A stretch of 64,000 nt of DNA from Squalus acanthias (Eukaryota). The position numbers and the translations under genes were made by a program. The DNA is taken from positions 25,730,001 through 25,794,000 of the forward strand of contig CM059448.1 of the NCBI GenBank assembly GCA_030390025.1. The letters run 5' to 3'. The notes under the pieces are model-generated. The model did no database searches. It saw nothing but the letters and a program-made list of their open reading frames with translations, and was not told the origin of the DNA. Of the stretch, positions 37,791 to 51,990 are shown one piece after another. The first letter of the stretch is position 1; each line of letters begins with the position of its first letter.

Positions 37791-38090
37791 TTTTGTTTAA
37801 GTTCATATGAAAATGTTCCCCGTTTTATTAGTCCTCTATCTGGCAGGTGAACATTGATCTTGCCAGCACCAAATTTTCCATTTGAGAAGTAAGTTAGTGC
37901 CGAGCCTGCCCAGAAGTTAAGGCGATGGGTTACTAATCCATTGTGCTAATGGAGACAAGGCACCAAATACCAGCTTGGTCAGTAAGGCAGTGCTTGATAT
38001 GAACACTCATACTCTTGTGGAGATGTCAGTAGTTCATCAAATTCCATTAAAAAAAACTTTTTGTTTTGAGAAACGTCATAAAGAAAAAGG

Positions 38091-38321
38091 AAAGAAAGAC
38101 TTGCATTTATATAGCGGCTTTCACAACATCCGGACAGCCAATGAAGTACTTTTGGAGTGTAGTCACTGTTGTAATGTAGGAAACGCGGCAGCCAATTTGC
38201 GCACAGCAAGCTCCCACAAACAGCAATGTGATAATGACCAGATAATCTGTTTTTAAGTGTTGGGTTGAGAGATAAATATTGGCCAGGACACTGGGGAGAA
38301 CGCCCCTGCTCTTCTTCGAGA
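38091..38321 (-). mobile_element. Deu-SINE 3' half
   Basis: Reverse complement of about 54875-55126. Confidence 0.85.
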
Positions 38322-41300
38322 TCTTTTCTGCGGGATGGGGGTGAGACGTCACTTAAACAGTGATTGGAGTAGTGTATTTTATAAACCTACAGTGGAATCC
38401 TGTTATAAGCAGCAAGTTGAGATGGAAACGAGTAGTGACAAGACTTGCATACACACTGGAATCACAGTCCGACTAACGAAGCTTTTGTTGAACTTTTAAA
38501 ATATCGGAAAATTGTGGCAAACCATATTTTGAGCAGGTCATGAAAATATTCATTTAAATCCAGGAACTAGGTCACAGCAAAATACATTTTTCTGTCCAAG
38601 CATTTTGCATGTAAAAGGATTTCCCTATAAGTATTAAGTAGACACGATTTTGATACATTTCTGATGACTTTTGAATTGTTCAGGAGAGCAGAGGTCGCCC
38701 CTTTCAAGAATACCTTTTCTGCTAAGCTTGAAGAAATGGTGCTAATAATGGTTAAAATAAACCCTGGTGTTTACAAAACTTTGCTCTCTTACCATTGCTA
38801 AATTGGTTTTAAGTGCTTGATGTAAAATGTTTGCTCTTGCATCTGAATCCTTCCATGGAATCTGTTGTCTCTTTAGCGTCTGCCATTTCATTACTCAGGA
38901 AGTGGTGCTTGAGTGAAAGAGGAGTAAGGGCCTATCTATCTGTCAGATATCCTGATAACATGCTGTAGGGGGCTTTCAAAGTCCTGCTTTTCACTGTAAA
39001 GGCATTAACCCACTGATAGCAATCTTGTCTGAGTGTGGCTGATACCTACCATCAGCCACAAGTGATAGGTGATCTTATCATTGTCTCAACTCCCCTTTGT
39101 GCTTTTTATTTAAAGTCACCGTTTTCTTGTTCACTTCCATTGTAAGCTACATTTGAAAAATCAAAATCTCTAGTGCAGCTCTCAATCTTTTGAAGACTAC
39201 AGCCTCTTTTTTTTGGATATTTAAAGCGAGATGTTTGGTTGTATTTTTCCACATACTCTTAGTATCTACGAGTAACCGATACTGCAATCTGTGATTGTAT
39301 CTGCTGCAGTGCAATATTAACCAGCATCATTTGATTAATTGCATTCAATTCAGGATGACTTGAAACATTTACAAAGGCACTGCGATCTGTGATGAAACCT
39401 TTCCCTTACCATAGTGTATTTACATGAAGAGATAAAAATCCCTCACTTTTAAATGTGCACTATTCATATTTGTAGATCATAAATTGTTCCAGTTTTCTTC
39501 TGTCACCATCTGTGAGACTCCCAGCCCAGCCACTTTGTTTACAATGGAAATTTCTTGTTTACAATCAAGAAACTGTTGGCGTTGGGTCAGGAGGGGGTGA
39601 GATGTTAACTCTGAACGCAGCACAAATAGCTCTGTATGGTACTGTACTGCAAATCAACCATAAATTGACGATGAATGCTAACTTATAGTTATAAAGCAAG
39701 CAGGCTGGCTGCCTGGGGTTAGATCTGTGCTCATTAAGGCCAATTTAAAAGTGTTGCTTTGTGATGGTGAAAGGATCAAGTCTCCAAGTTAAACACAAGA
39801 AATTGTCTGTTTTTACAAACTTCTTGCAGGAGCTATTTTCTTTCAACACTGCTAAATTGAATAAACACCATGTGACTCCACAGTTCAAATAATTTAATCT
39901 CCGCGACCAGTTTCTAAAATAGTAAAGGACGATGACATTTTGTTTATACATTCATGATTCCGGTTCTGGCTGATAGCGAACTTCGGATCAAGCCCAATGA
40001 TAAAGGAATAGATTGAGGACACACTAGTGCGCTGAAGGATCAGCCCAGTGTAGTATGTGTTTTCCTGATTAACGCTCCTTCTCTTAAGCATAGTTATTTT
40101 GGCCATGTACTAGACAGAAAAAACCCAAACTACACCAACAGTTGAATCGTCCATAAAGAGAAGGGTGTCAAGTTTCCGCTTGTTTCCATTAGTTACATCA
40201 GCACAATCCAGGAGGAATCGGCCGAATCAGCGCAAAAGATTGGGGAAAATAAGACTTTTCTTCATTGTGTTGCAGTGTTCATTGAGTCTTGAGTTGCAGC
40301 TTTTATTCTGGACATTTCCTAAATCTCTTCTGATGAGCCATCAATAGGCAAACCCTGTTTATAATAAACTATGTCTTGAAAAAGATCCTCTTGAAAAAGA
40401 TCCTATCATAACCACTTTTTTCCCCAATGAAGGCTCTGCCGAGGCTAAGATAGAAATTCAGGACCTCGCTAAGATGAATTCCTGATAAAGAACTATTTTG
40501 CCTGTCCATATTATTTTGCAGTGAACTATTGGTAGTGCCAGGGTGACGACAAAAGCTACACAAACTCTAGTGACATAGTAGACAATGTAACATGTAACAG
40601 GAGAACAATAATCCACCCGAATACACATCCTACATAAAATAGTTTTGTGTGAGATTGGGTAAGATATTGGAATTGATTGCATGTGACATGAGCAAGATGC
40701 ATGAGAATTACTATGGCAAAGTGATGGCCTCGGATAGCTGGGATGAGAGTCTCCTGTTATTGATAGGAAGATAAAGGAAGATAAATTTAGGCAGTCATGG
40801 TCAGCTCTGTTCTCAGTGAATAAGGGCCCACTGCATAAAACTACCCAAAATGAGTCACTAAATGGCCAGCATCACTCAAAGGAGCTATAAGGTGAGACAG
40901 CATGGAATAATGGGTTAGTGTCTTGTTACAGCAGGTTAAGTTTGAGAATGAATTGCAGGGATGATTCTTTGATCCCACAGTTCCAGGAGGGAGCCAAGCT
41001 CCCCGAGAATTGGGGTTACATGGTATAGCCATATCTGTCCTGTGTGCTCTGTGAATGGAGTTTCCCACTGGAAATGCAGGATCAACACTCGTGAGTTGAA
41101 GGATGTGTGCAGCATTGTATCCGAGCCTTACTTTTTCTCACGATATTTATTTCTGTACTCCATTTTTTATTCCATTAAGCCCATTCTGTAGTTCACCTGG
41201 GAGAGTGGCCAAATAATCTGCTCAAAATCCTTTACTTGTGATGCTCTTAATTGCACCTGACCTGGAGAATACTTAATTCTGTTTTTCATTATTAACCTGT

Positions 41301-41692
41301 TAAAAAAAAAAATTAATGGGGTATTCCAGCATGTTGGTGCACTGAGCTATTGCACCACTCACTGGTACAAGGTGAATTGATGGGCAGAATTTCTCATTTG
41401 ATGAATTCCAGACCTCAGCTAAACTACTGGGCAGGATGTTAAGTGGAGGTGAGTGGGTTCTCGGTAGGGAGAGGGGGAATTAACTTGGGCCATGAGAAAC
41501 GGACCATTTATTAGCCAGCCACAGAGGCTTTTAATGTTTGCATATCTAGCACGAGAAAAGGCCATCAGTTACGTACATTTTTGCCCAATCCTTTGGCTGA
41601 TTCCTTCCTCTATACCAATCCTCCCTTCCCTCTACTTGATAGATGAGGTGAGTAAAAAGACATGTAGCCAATTCAGGAGTCCTATTTTAAAA

Positions 41693-42067
41693 GAGTCATA
41701 GAGTTATACAGCACAGAAAGAGGCCCTTCGGCCCATCGTGTCCGTGCCGGTCATCAAGCCCTGTCTATTCTAATCCCATTTTCCAGCACTTGGTCCGTAG
41801 CCTTGTATGCTATGGCGTTTCAAGTGCTCATCTAAAGGCTTCTTGAATGTTGTGAGGGTTCCTGCCTCTACCACCCTTTCAGGCAGTGAGTTCCAGATTC
41901 CAACCACCCTCTGGGTGAAAAAGTTTTCCCTCAAATCCCCTCTAAACCTCCTGCCCCTTACCTTGAAACTATGCCCCCTGGTTATTGACCCCTCTACTAA
42001 GGGGAAATGTTCCTGTCTATCTATCCTATCTATGCCCCTCATAATTTTGTACACCTCAATCAGGTCT
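41693..42067 (-). mobile_element. CR1/HER1 3' fragment
   Basis: DLIEVYKIMRGIDRIDRQEHFPLVEGSITRGHSFKVRGRRFRGDLRENFFTQRVVGIWNSLPERVVEA. Confidence 0.9.
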
Positions 42068-44652
42068 TCTCCAATCACTCGTGGGTGATCAGGCAAGATC
42101 CAAGAGGCCCCATGCCCATTCATTATTTTCCAGAGTGATTTACTCTTTTTTTTCCATACACTGTGATGATTCCATTTTTTCCAGAACTCCATCTATCACT
42201 TTCTTGAATGACTGTCAGTCTACACAATCTCCTCTGAAATCCTGTTCCACAGATTGCTCAGCCTGTCAGGAAGGTGAAACTTCTGGACATCCAGCCTCAC
42301 TCACAAAAGTAGGATCTGGTAGAAGGAAAAGTCCAAGAGAAAAAGATTTGCAATAAGGGGACCAGATCCTCATCTTGACTGGCATGTATACACAGGCGCT
42401 GACGAGAGGGGAACATTTTTCCATCTGGATCAGGTTGTATTGCAGAGCAAGAAGATAATGGCCAGCAAAGAATCCCTTCCTACATCACTCCAGTGAATCT
42501 GCTGCAAGATCAGCAAAGAATAGTATGGAGGGTTATGATAGAGATTTCAATGGGATGGTGCAACCTGCCTAACTAATGAGTAGAGTGGATTAGATGATGA
42601 GGTGAAACCTTGGAGAGGAGGATGTAATTTTAAGTGGGATCATCATAAAAATGCATTGATACCATAATACTGTCAGTGAGGTAGTCCATTTAAATGTAGG
42701 AACTTCTAAAACCTGTCTCTTTATTTAACCAATTTTCAGTGGTGGATGCACTTCTGCAGCAATTTAAATAGAGCGGACTCTAAATTCTCAGTCCGAGAGT
42801 CTCTCATTAAAATGGTTCCTGTACACCCATACTAGGGTAGGAATGAAACGTAAACTCAGACTGGGTTAGGGTAAGAGTAGAAGGGAAAATCAAATTGGGT
42901 TTGGGTTTGCAGCATGCTAGCAGGCGCAGAAACGGTGAGGTTAGAAGAAAGAAGATTGATACAAATTTGCTGAGACCCCATGCATCACATTCTAGGAAAA
43001 GGCAATGAAGGTAAAGTCAGAAGGGGAAAGCATTATTAATGAATATTTTGTGTTTTAAACTGGTACTAATTAGAATTAGCGAGTTAGTCACTGTGCATGT
43101 CAGATAACTGTTTCAAATTCACTCTTGGGATAGTTTAAATATAGATTGGTTTGAAATGAAGATGGCAGCTTTGATGGCTCAATCAGTTCACCAGTGTAAC
43201 TGTGGGCTACGAATTAAGGCAGATTCATTGATCCGAGTTGCTCTCGTGTGCTCGAAGGTGGTTACTAATTGCAACAGGTAAATGCATTAGATCGAAGAAA
43301 GATATAATAAATAATTAGGAAGGGTTCTGAAAAAATGCCGAGAAATGAGTAGCAATCTAAGCTGGGAATTATCAACTGATGAAACCACCTACTGAGGCCA
43401 TCTCTGTTGCCTTAAATTGCTTTTAAAATTCTTAATTTCCCAAAGCAAATAGCTTCTGCACCGAAGGATGATGGCAGGGATTAGACATGCATCCAGTTGA
43501 CATTTACTGTGGGTGTCTTTTCAGAATGAAATTGCCGACCTTTGAGCTGCCAAGAATGAGGGGGTGTTAAGATCTTAAAAGTGACTGCATCTCAGCACTG
43601 TTCAACATTGAAAGACAGGCTGCCTAACATTTTTGCCAACATTTGTCTTCTAAATTGTACGATGTAAAATATTTATAAAACACACGTGTGGAAGTGAATT
43701 TAAAAGGCATATTAAAGTCGCGGCTTAAATTATTTATGCTCTGTAAATATAGAAACAGTGAAATGAATGGAAGCTGGAGACAGTTGGTGGTGCTGGATTG
43801 TATGTGTATCGGTGAGGTTGTGGGGATGCGAATCCGATATGTGTGCTCCCACCTGCAGATTTTTTTTTTGTGTGGGCTTGATGCACTGAATGGTCAAGAA
43901 CAAGCAGCGGTTTGGTTGTTTGGAGTGAGTGTTCCCACTGTTCGACCTTGGCGCTGGCTGGGAGTGCAAAGTAGGAGACTTGCATCCTGATCCAGGTGGA
44001 ATGCAATCTCTGCGGTGGCGTCAGTGTGAATTGGGCTGTCGACGACAAACCTAACCACAACCGGGGAAGTGTCGGATATTGTGTTTTGTCTTGAGCGGGA
44101 TTACAAGTACAAGTCCAAGTTCCTGTTTCCAATATGCTATATTGCGTGTCGATTTCAAGTCAATTTCCTTCTTGCACAGGGGCTGTTCTGTTTTGTATCT
44201 TTTTCCACTTTGGTACCATTTATGTTCTTTTTTTTAGTATACATGTTGTGCTGAAGGCAAGACTGTTTTTCAAAAGGGAAGTGGAAAATCTCGCAGCTGC
44301 CTTTTATGCAAGGTATTCTCCACATGGCTATTTAAATTTACTTACAAACATTATCACTTGATTTTTGTTTTTAAAGTCAATTGGTTTTATTGAATGGAGA
44401 ATCACCCTGTCAATGACATCATGGCAGAGCTCTGTGTGTTCTGGACACATTTCACTCAATACAAAGGGGATTGAGATTGCACACTGGCCTGGGAGCCAAT
44501 GTGGAGCACCCCCCACCCCCCAAATCCGAGTAAAAGTATGTGAACAGCAGAAACACCACATTATCTCAGATCATGTAAGAGCAAAAGTAAGGACCACCTA
44601 TAAATTATATATGTGTTTTGTGCCCATTTTATGACCAATAAATAAAGCTTTG

Positions 44653-45124
44653 TTTCATAGAATCATAGAAATTTACAGCACGGAAGGAGGCTATTCGGCC
44701 CATCGTGTCCGCGCCGGCCGACAAAGAGCTCTCCAGCCTAATCCCACTTTCCTGCTCTTGGTCTGTACCCTGTAGGTTACGGCACTTCAAGTGCACATCC
44801 AAGCACTTTTTAAATGTGGTGAGGGTTTCTGCCTCTACCACCCTTTCAGGCAGTGAGTTCCAGACCCCAACCACCCTCTGGGTGAAGAAATTTCCCCTCA
44901 AATCCCCTCTAAACCCCCTACCAATTACTTTAAATCTATATAAATTGTTGACCCCCTGCTAAGGGGAAATAGGTTCTTCCTGGCCACTCTATCTAGGCCC
45001 CTCATAATTTTATACACCTCAATAAGATCTCCTCTCAGCCTCCTCTGTTCCAAGGAAAACAAACCCCCAATCTTTCCTCGTAGCTAAAATTCTCCAGTCC
45101 AGGCAACATCCTCGTAAATCTCCT
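44653..45124 (-). mobile_element. CR1/HER1 3' fragment
   Basis: RGNFFTQRVVGVWNSLPERVVEAETLTTFKK, with tail catagaatcatagaa. Confidence 0.9.
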
Positions 45125-48100
45125 GGTATTAGTGGTATTTATATAGAGGATTCATATTTGTAAATGTATTGTTTTATAATTTAGAAAGGTGAACCCCTTT
45201 ATATAGTTGTGTCATGAGACCTTTGACCCCTGCAGAATGAGCATGTGTACCTGATATATTGTGAGCGTGGTGATTATCAGTCACGACCTGCATGGGTATT
45301 TGAGAATTTGAGTCTTAACCAGAAGGTTATGAGTTCAAGTTTCAGACCTATCTATCATTCATTCTTCACTGTCTCAGTTCATTTAGTTTCATCTCTTTGA
45401 AAGCATTCTACTAGCAGGACATTTTATCATGGAAAATGGAGAGGGAAAAAAAGCTATGTTATCTTGGCTTTTCCAGTGAGTCCTGTCTAATTGAAATACT
45501 GCACGGTACTTGTGAGCACAAAAAAGACACAAGTGGTCAATTTTCGATCATAGAGATGTTGTACAAAGAAATCATCACAGATACATTTTCTGGTACCTTC
45601 CAGCAAAATAGAAACTGATATTATCTGACGAGTTGCCAGAATTCTGCCCTGTGTCAGTTGATCGCAGTTCAACCAATTTCAAAGGGGAAGAAGATTGTGG
45701 GTAATCTAGAGGAAGATGCCAGGTGACAAGAAAATGTCATCATACTTTTTTTAATATTTTAAATGTTGGTGTATTTTTACCATTTATGTAATCAATAAAT
45801 TGGACACCGTTTCAGATAATATCCTTGGTTAAGTGACTAACGGGATGTAGTATCACATGAGAACATTAAGCTGGCTGCTCTTTCCTGGTTATAAGTCATG
45901 CTGTGTTGAGTGAACATGGTGATACAAGCATCCTGCTGAAAGTACTCTGACTGATCCAGTGTCATCTGATAGGAAGGATGGTATTACATGCATTTTTTTT
46001 GCAGTAAATTGCTAGCATTTGGTTATTTGTAACATTGATGATTGTTAGCTCCAACAAGCAGAATTCATGTTAACTGTAGTTGTATCTCCTCATTAAGAGG
46101 GACACATCTTTCTCATTTGAGTGCAAGGAAAGTAAGTATTGTCTTCTAGTCGTACCCATGGTAAGCCCACCTCTCAAATTCTAGGGAACTTGTGAAGAGT
46201 TCAGTCGTAATTTTAAATCGCTGAGAACATATTAATTGAAATCTCCCAAGCAAGGTATAATGTGTAACATGGAACAGTATGTCAGTAGAAATAAATTTAA
46301 ACAGTAACAGTTGTGGTTGAACTACAAATCCACCATGGAAAGTACCGTGTCACAGCAGAAAAATTGGCCATTCAGCCCCTCAAGTCGACATATTGTTTTT
46401 ATTAACATGAGTTACCTAGTTTAATTCCACTCTCCTGCTTGCTCACCGCACTCTTAAATATTATTTTTCAGGCATTTGTTTCATTCCCTTTTGAAAGAAT
46501 TTATGGACTTTGTTTCAGCAACAGAGCTCCTTTGTGTAATATGACATGTAACATTTTTATTTTGTGTTAGTCATTTGATATATTGCTTCAGTAAAGGTAC
46601 TGTAAGCTGCCGTTACATTTAGACTGTTGTGGGGACATAGTAAGCATCTGAAACAGTGCTCCGAATGCTGGACTATTTGAGCAACTCCATGGGGACCTGC
46701 ATTCTATATGCTTATTGGGCATCAGTTGCTAAAATTAAGCTGCTGTTCGATGGCAGCTAGTGGTCTCGGACTGTATCGGTTGAGTGTGATGCGCAGACAA
46801 CAGACCAAATTTTTACTGCAGAGATGCTTCACTGAGGCCAGCCACAGAGGCGCTCTGCACTCCCTTGGCGGCTAGTTTTTAATGTTAGGAGAGTTCTCGT
46901 CTGCTTTCTTCTAACACTAAAACATTGAAAACTACGTTTAGAAAATGCTCTGGGGGTCCAATGGAAGACAAGAAACAAAATATGGTTTTGCACCAGGCTG
47001 GAGTTATACTGCACCTGGGGTGAATTTAAACGTGACCTCCTCGAAGGGGAGGGGTCTGATATCTCCTGGTTTTCGTCCCCTCGAGAGTTAGATCAGGGCC
47101 CGAGCCATTGAATGATATTGGTACTCTTGTGATGATGTACACCTGATATTACTTCACATTGACATGAAAGTGGTAGTGTAACTGTACCTTTGGGAAGGGT
47201 GTAACCCAGTCCAGTTTGATGGGGAGGCCAGCTAGCAAAAGCATGCATGGCAGGTTCAGGACATCAGCTGACAGCTAAGAGGACATGGCATGATATTGGC
47301 TAGTGATCAGTTGGGAAATGAAAAGACGCAACAGAAGATGATCTGCTCCGACGAGGATCTGGCGATCTTTTCCAGCCTCCATCGTCATTGCCGAGTAAAC
47401 TGAGTGTTGTCAGTCTAGCACCTGTTCGTCATCCTTCATACACTAACAACCTTGTGTAAAAAGATTATATTTTGTGTAATAAAGAGATTTAATTTAGATT
47501 CAGCTTCATCATGAGTAATTAAGTGGGCTGATGTGCAAGCTTTACAAACTGGTCATTTTTTATGAATCCGTCTCTGGAAATCCTGATCCAAGCAGTTTTT
47601 CTGGCAACTATGCATTTATCAGTATTGTGCTGAAGTACTAAATGTGATGTGTAATGTAACAGATGGCTCTTTAGCAGGTGCACCATTAATGATCAACATT
47701 TTGCATTTATCTAAAACTGCAAAGAATGCTTCAGTCCTAAAAGGGTTAAGTCAATTTAGAGTAAGTGGAATGAAAAGATATTACTAAGTCCAGTAGATCA
47801 TTCATTTCCCATACAACGGATTGACCTGGAGATGGAATATTAGAGTTTGATTCAGAGGTCCATGTTGGAACCCAGCCTGAACTTCCATTTGGTCTTGCTT
47901 AGCCTTCATCAATGAGTTTTTGGATAGAATGCTATGTGGAGTGCCTGCTGGTAAATAAAGAGTCTTGTGGAATTGGGTGGAGTACATTTACAATGGAGTT
48001 CTATCCTGTGAAGCATACCTCATGTCGACTCGTATGGAACAGCAATGATAAATCCTTGATGTAAGACATCCTATCTTCACAACTGAAGGATGCAGACTGG

Positions 48101-48157
48101 AGAAGAGCCTGAGAGTAGAAATATATTGCAGAGAGAAAGAGAAGTGTACACAAACTT

Positions 48158-48657
48158 CCATAGAGGGAGTGCAGCAACGGTTCACCAGACTGATTCCTGG
48201 GATGGCAGGACTGTCGTATGAGGAGAGATTGGGTCGACTAGGCCTGTATTCACCAGAGTTTAGAAGAATGAGAGGGGATCGCATTGAAACGTATAAAATT
48301 CTGACAGGGCTAGACAGACTGGATGCAGGGAGGATGTTTCCCATGGCTGGGGACTCTAGAACGAGGGGTCACAGTCTCAGGATACGGGGTAGGACATTTA
48401 GGACTGAGATGAGAAATTTCTTCACTCAGAGGGTGGTGAACCTGTGGAATTCTCTGCCACAGAAGGCTGTGGAGGCCAAGTCACTGAATATATTTAAGAA
48501 GGAAATAGATAGATTTCTAGACACAAAAGGCATCAAGGGGTATGGGGAGAGAGCGGGAATATGGTATTGAGATAGAGGATCAGCCATGATCATATTGAAT
48601 GGCGCAGCAGGCTCGAAGGGCCGAATGGCCTACTCCTGCTCCTATTTTTCTATGTTT
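48158..48657 (+). mobile_element. CR1/HER1 3' fragment (open ORF2 C-terminus)
   Basis: QQRFTRLIPGMAGLSYEERLGRLGLYS..RRMRGDRIETYKIL..FFTQRVVNLWNSLP. 3' UTR ggccgaatggcctactcctgctccta. Confidence 0.93.
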
Positions 48658-51429
48658 CAAACAAAAGAGCTGTGTATAAGTACCTCTCATTTGATGGTAC
48701 CCTTTTTGTGTTAATAATAATAGAAACATAGAAACGGGAGGAGGCCATTTAGCCCCTCAAGCCTGTTCTGCCAGTCACTCAGATCATGACGGATCTGTAC
48801 CTCAGTTCCATTTACCTGCCTTTGATTCATAACATAACAAACAGTGAATTACCCTAGTTTTCAGATTGAGGTGAAAGAACTTGGAACTCTTGCCATCTAT
48901 GAGATAATTGGCTTTATTCTATGATAAACAATTACTTAAATCCTTGACACCCATTTTAAGTGAATTCTAAAATGTTTTGCACATACAGGCCAACTTAGAA
49001 AATTAGCAAAAGCTGGCCAACAGCTTAAAAATAGCTCTGAATATTGGTCTACGACACATGAAATCAAGGAGTTGTACTGAAAGCGCAGGGGGATGTGGGT
49101 TTGGTATAACCTGCACTGCACATACACCAAAGCAAGTTGGAAACAGTGGTGACTTAAGGACTTACATTACTTGGCATAAGGACTATCATTACTTAAGGAT
49201 GATATGAGTGCTGAAGGAACAAGGATTATCATCTCCAGCTCTATTTTCATTCCAAACCGTGGCAATTCTACAAGTACAGTGACGGGAATGGTCAAATAAA
49301 CTAGTTAATGAATTCACATAAGGGAACACTATTGTATTTAAAAAAAAACCCAGGTGCAAAAACTGTTCAAGTAATTAAGGCTTCACGCAAAGCAACATCC
49401 AGGCATGTCCCAAAAAAGTTCCTTTTGAGGGAAATAGCAAGTGTTTAGAAGTTGGACTTTATTTGTTATATATAACTTTTTAGGGGACGCTTAAAGAAAA
49501 TACACATAACTGGGACTCTCAGAAAATAAGGACTCATTTTAAATTTTTCCGTCTCAAGTTTGTGCATAACAAACGATGGAAGATAGTAATGTTTGATCGA
49601 TGTCAGTTCTGCCCTCTATCTGGACGATTCTCGCAGGTTCCAGTCCCACCCTCCAAATAATATGATTGGTTGATACTGATGCCCTCCTTTGTCGGTGGGA
49701 AAGAGCTGAGTTTGACAGTTGACATGTATGTATTCAATGTCGCTAATTATTCAGTGATAATTCATATATATCGTTTTATTTTCCATTTATTTGAAAAATG
49801 TTTCCACTGAGCATGGAAAGCATTCCCTTCCGTAGAGCATTTTCAGTCTATTGGCTGGCGCACGGTTCAGTTTCCAATGAACTCCCTGTGAAATCTTGCG
49901 CTTGATTCCAGGGAGCTGACCTTTTAACAGCTTGTAGAACAAAATGATTAGTCTGTAGCTTAGCACAGTGTGGTCTAGTCACATCTGTTTGAAATGACAA
50001 AGAGAACACTTGACAGCCATTTAGCTGAAAGCGTTGCAGGTTCCCGAGCTGGTCTGAGAGCAATTTTATTGATGATGAATTTGGGCAATGTAAATGGATG
50101 GATGAAAGAAGAAAGAGCCAGCAGGTGAGGTATACCCTGTAACAGTGTCAATTGGTAGTCAGGAAATGGACATCACGCCAGTCATTGGCTAATGTAGATT
50201 AGAATGTCAAATCAAAGAGTAAGCACCAAAAAATCTGACGGATAGATTTGACTTTCTATTTCATTGGATGGTTTATGTTTTGGATATCCAATCAGTTCTT
50301 GTGGAACTCCAGTTAACTGTTTGCTTGGATTGTTTGCAGTCAGATACTCATATCTGGCTGTATGTAAAAATGTAATCTTTAGCGCAAGTTTAAGGTGTTA
50401 TGGATGTTATTCTGATGGGCATTTCATTTATTTTATAAACTTCAACCAGTGTTGTCCGCATCAAATTTTGAATGTCCGGACCCTGAAATAACTATTAGAA
50501 ATCTGTGTTTGGGCTGGTTGGAATTAAATTCCATCACTTCCTCAAACATGGGACGATCTGAATTTGAAGTCCCCCAGAAAAAGCAGTAGTGATACATAAC
50601 ACAGTCGGGAGAGATGGGAGCGGTTTTCGGAAACGGGTAACATGCACTCACGCCTCACCGCACCCCCTCCCCCCCCCCCCCCCCCCCCACCCCAACAGAT
50701 GTTCCAAAAGAAGTAGCAGGTAAATGGATACCATCGACGCTGGATGATTGTGGAAAATGATGTAATCAATGGACACAAACAATACAGATAATATGAAAGA
50801 ATATATACATAAATATATATAACCAAAACATAATAGTTTTTTCAAGTTGCAAATGGCAGAGATCAGGATGTGAATTTTTTTTGGAGCTGCTACTGACTAC
50901 ATGGTGTCATGCCATACAGCACAAGTACCCACGACAAGTGGCCAACAAGTGCCTTTATTAAAAACAGAATAGTGCTGCACTCTGGCCACAAGTGGGCCAA
51001 ATTTCAGATATTTGCAAGTTAGTGCAACCTAAGGTATTTGGTTTGGAGTTCATTTATTATTACTGTTATCCCAGGGTCTGTCTATGTTGGCACTTAACAG
51101 CTTGAAGAGTCAACACAGCATTTGATAAATGCATGGATGTGGGCGAAGGCCAAGTGGATGGAGAGGTTATAGAAGTGATTGACAGCTAAGTGGTTAACTA
51201 GAGAGTATCTAGTTTGCTGACATTAGTGCTAAAGTGGCTGATGTGTAGAAGGGTTCTGTCTTGGGGCTAGAAATGAACATGCCTCCTTGCTAGTTGATCA
51301 GTGAATGTCATTGATGGTGACCATGGAAATGTCTGTAGCCAAGAGCCTTAGAACATTTCATTTTTCTGTTGCATTTATTAAATAACCAGTGGGTCCCAAA
51401 GAGGAGATTTCACTCTCGCTCGTGCACGC

Positions 51430-51440
51430 GCGCTCTCTCT

Positions 51441-51485
<45 letters not shown>

Positions 51486-51530
51486 TCTCCCCCTCTCGCC
51501 CCCCCTCTCTCTCTCTCTCTCTCTCCCCCG
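51430..51530 (+). repeat. (CT)n microsatellite within a ~270-nt polypyrimidine tract
   Basis: Direct observation. Confidence 0.9.
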
Positions 51531-51769
51531 ATGCTCTCCTGCACAGGTGTACTATCTTGCTGGCTCTTGTGTTTTCTTATGCGCGCTCTCTCCTGTTTCT
51601 ATCTCGCTTCCTCTCACTTTCCCTTCATCACCTGCCCTTTTCTGTTTTTATCTTTCTGTCTTGTTTGTCTCTGCAACATTTATTTCACTCCATTTCTTAC
51701 AGCATTTGTGGTGCAGTGTGGTGACCAGACAAGGCCGCTAAGAAACCATGGGGAAGGCTGGCGAATCTA

Positions 51770-51990
51770 ATGCAGCAGGGAATGGGAGGGACTGGGCCTG
51801 GCTGCTGATGTAGCATGGGAGTGGGCTGAGGTCAATGATGTAGCACACAGAGTGGGCTGAGGCAAATGATGTAGCACAGAGTGGGAGGGAGCAGACCAGG
51901 GTTTCTGGTGTACTACAGAGACTTGGGGAGAGTGGACTGGGGTTGCCGATGTGGCACAGACAGTGCAAGGGAATGAGTCTGAGGCTACTG
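51770..51990 (+). repeat. Degenerate ~30-bp minisatellite (gatgtagcacagagtgggctgagg)
   Basis: At least three near copies at about 51807, 51837 and 51868, with diverged flanking units. Confidence 0.7.
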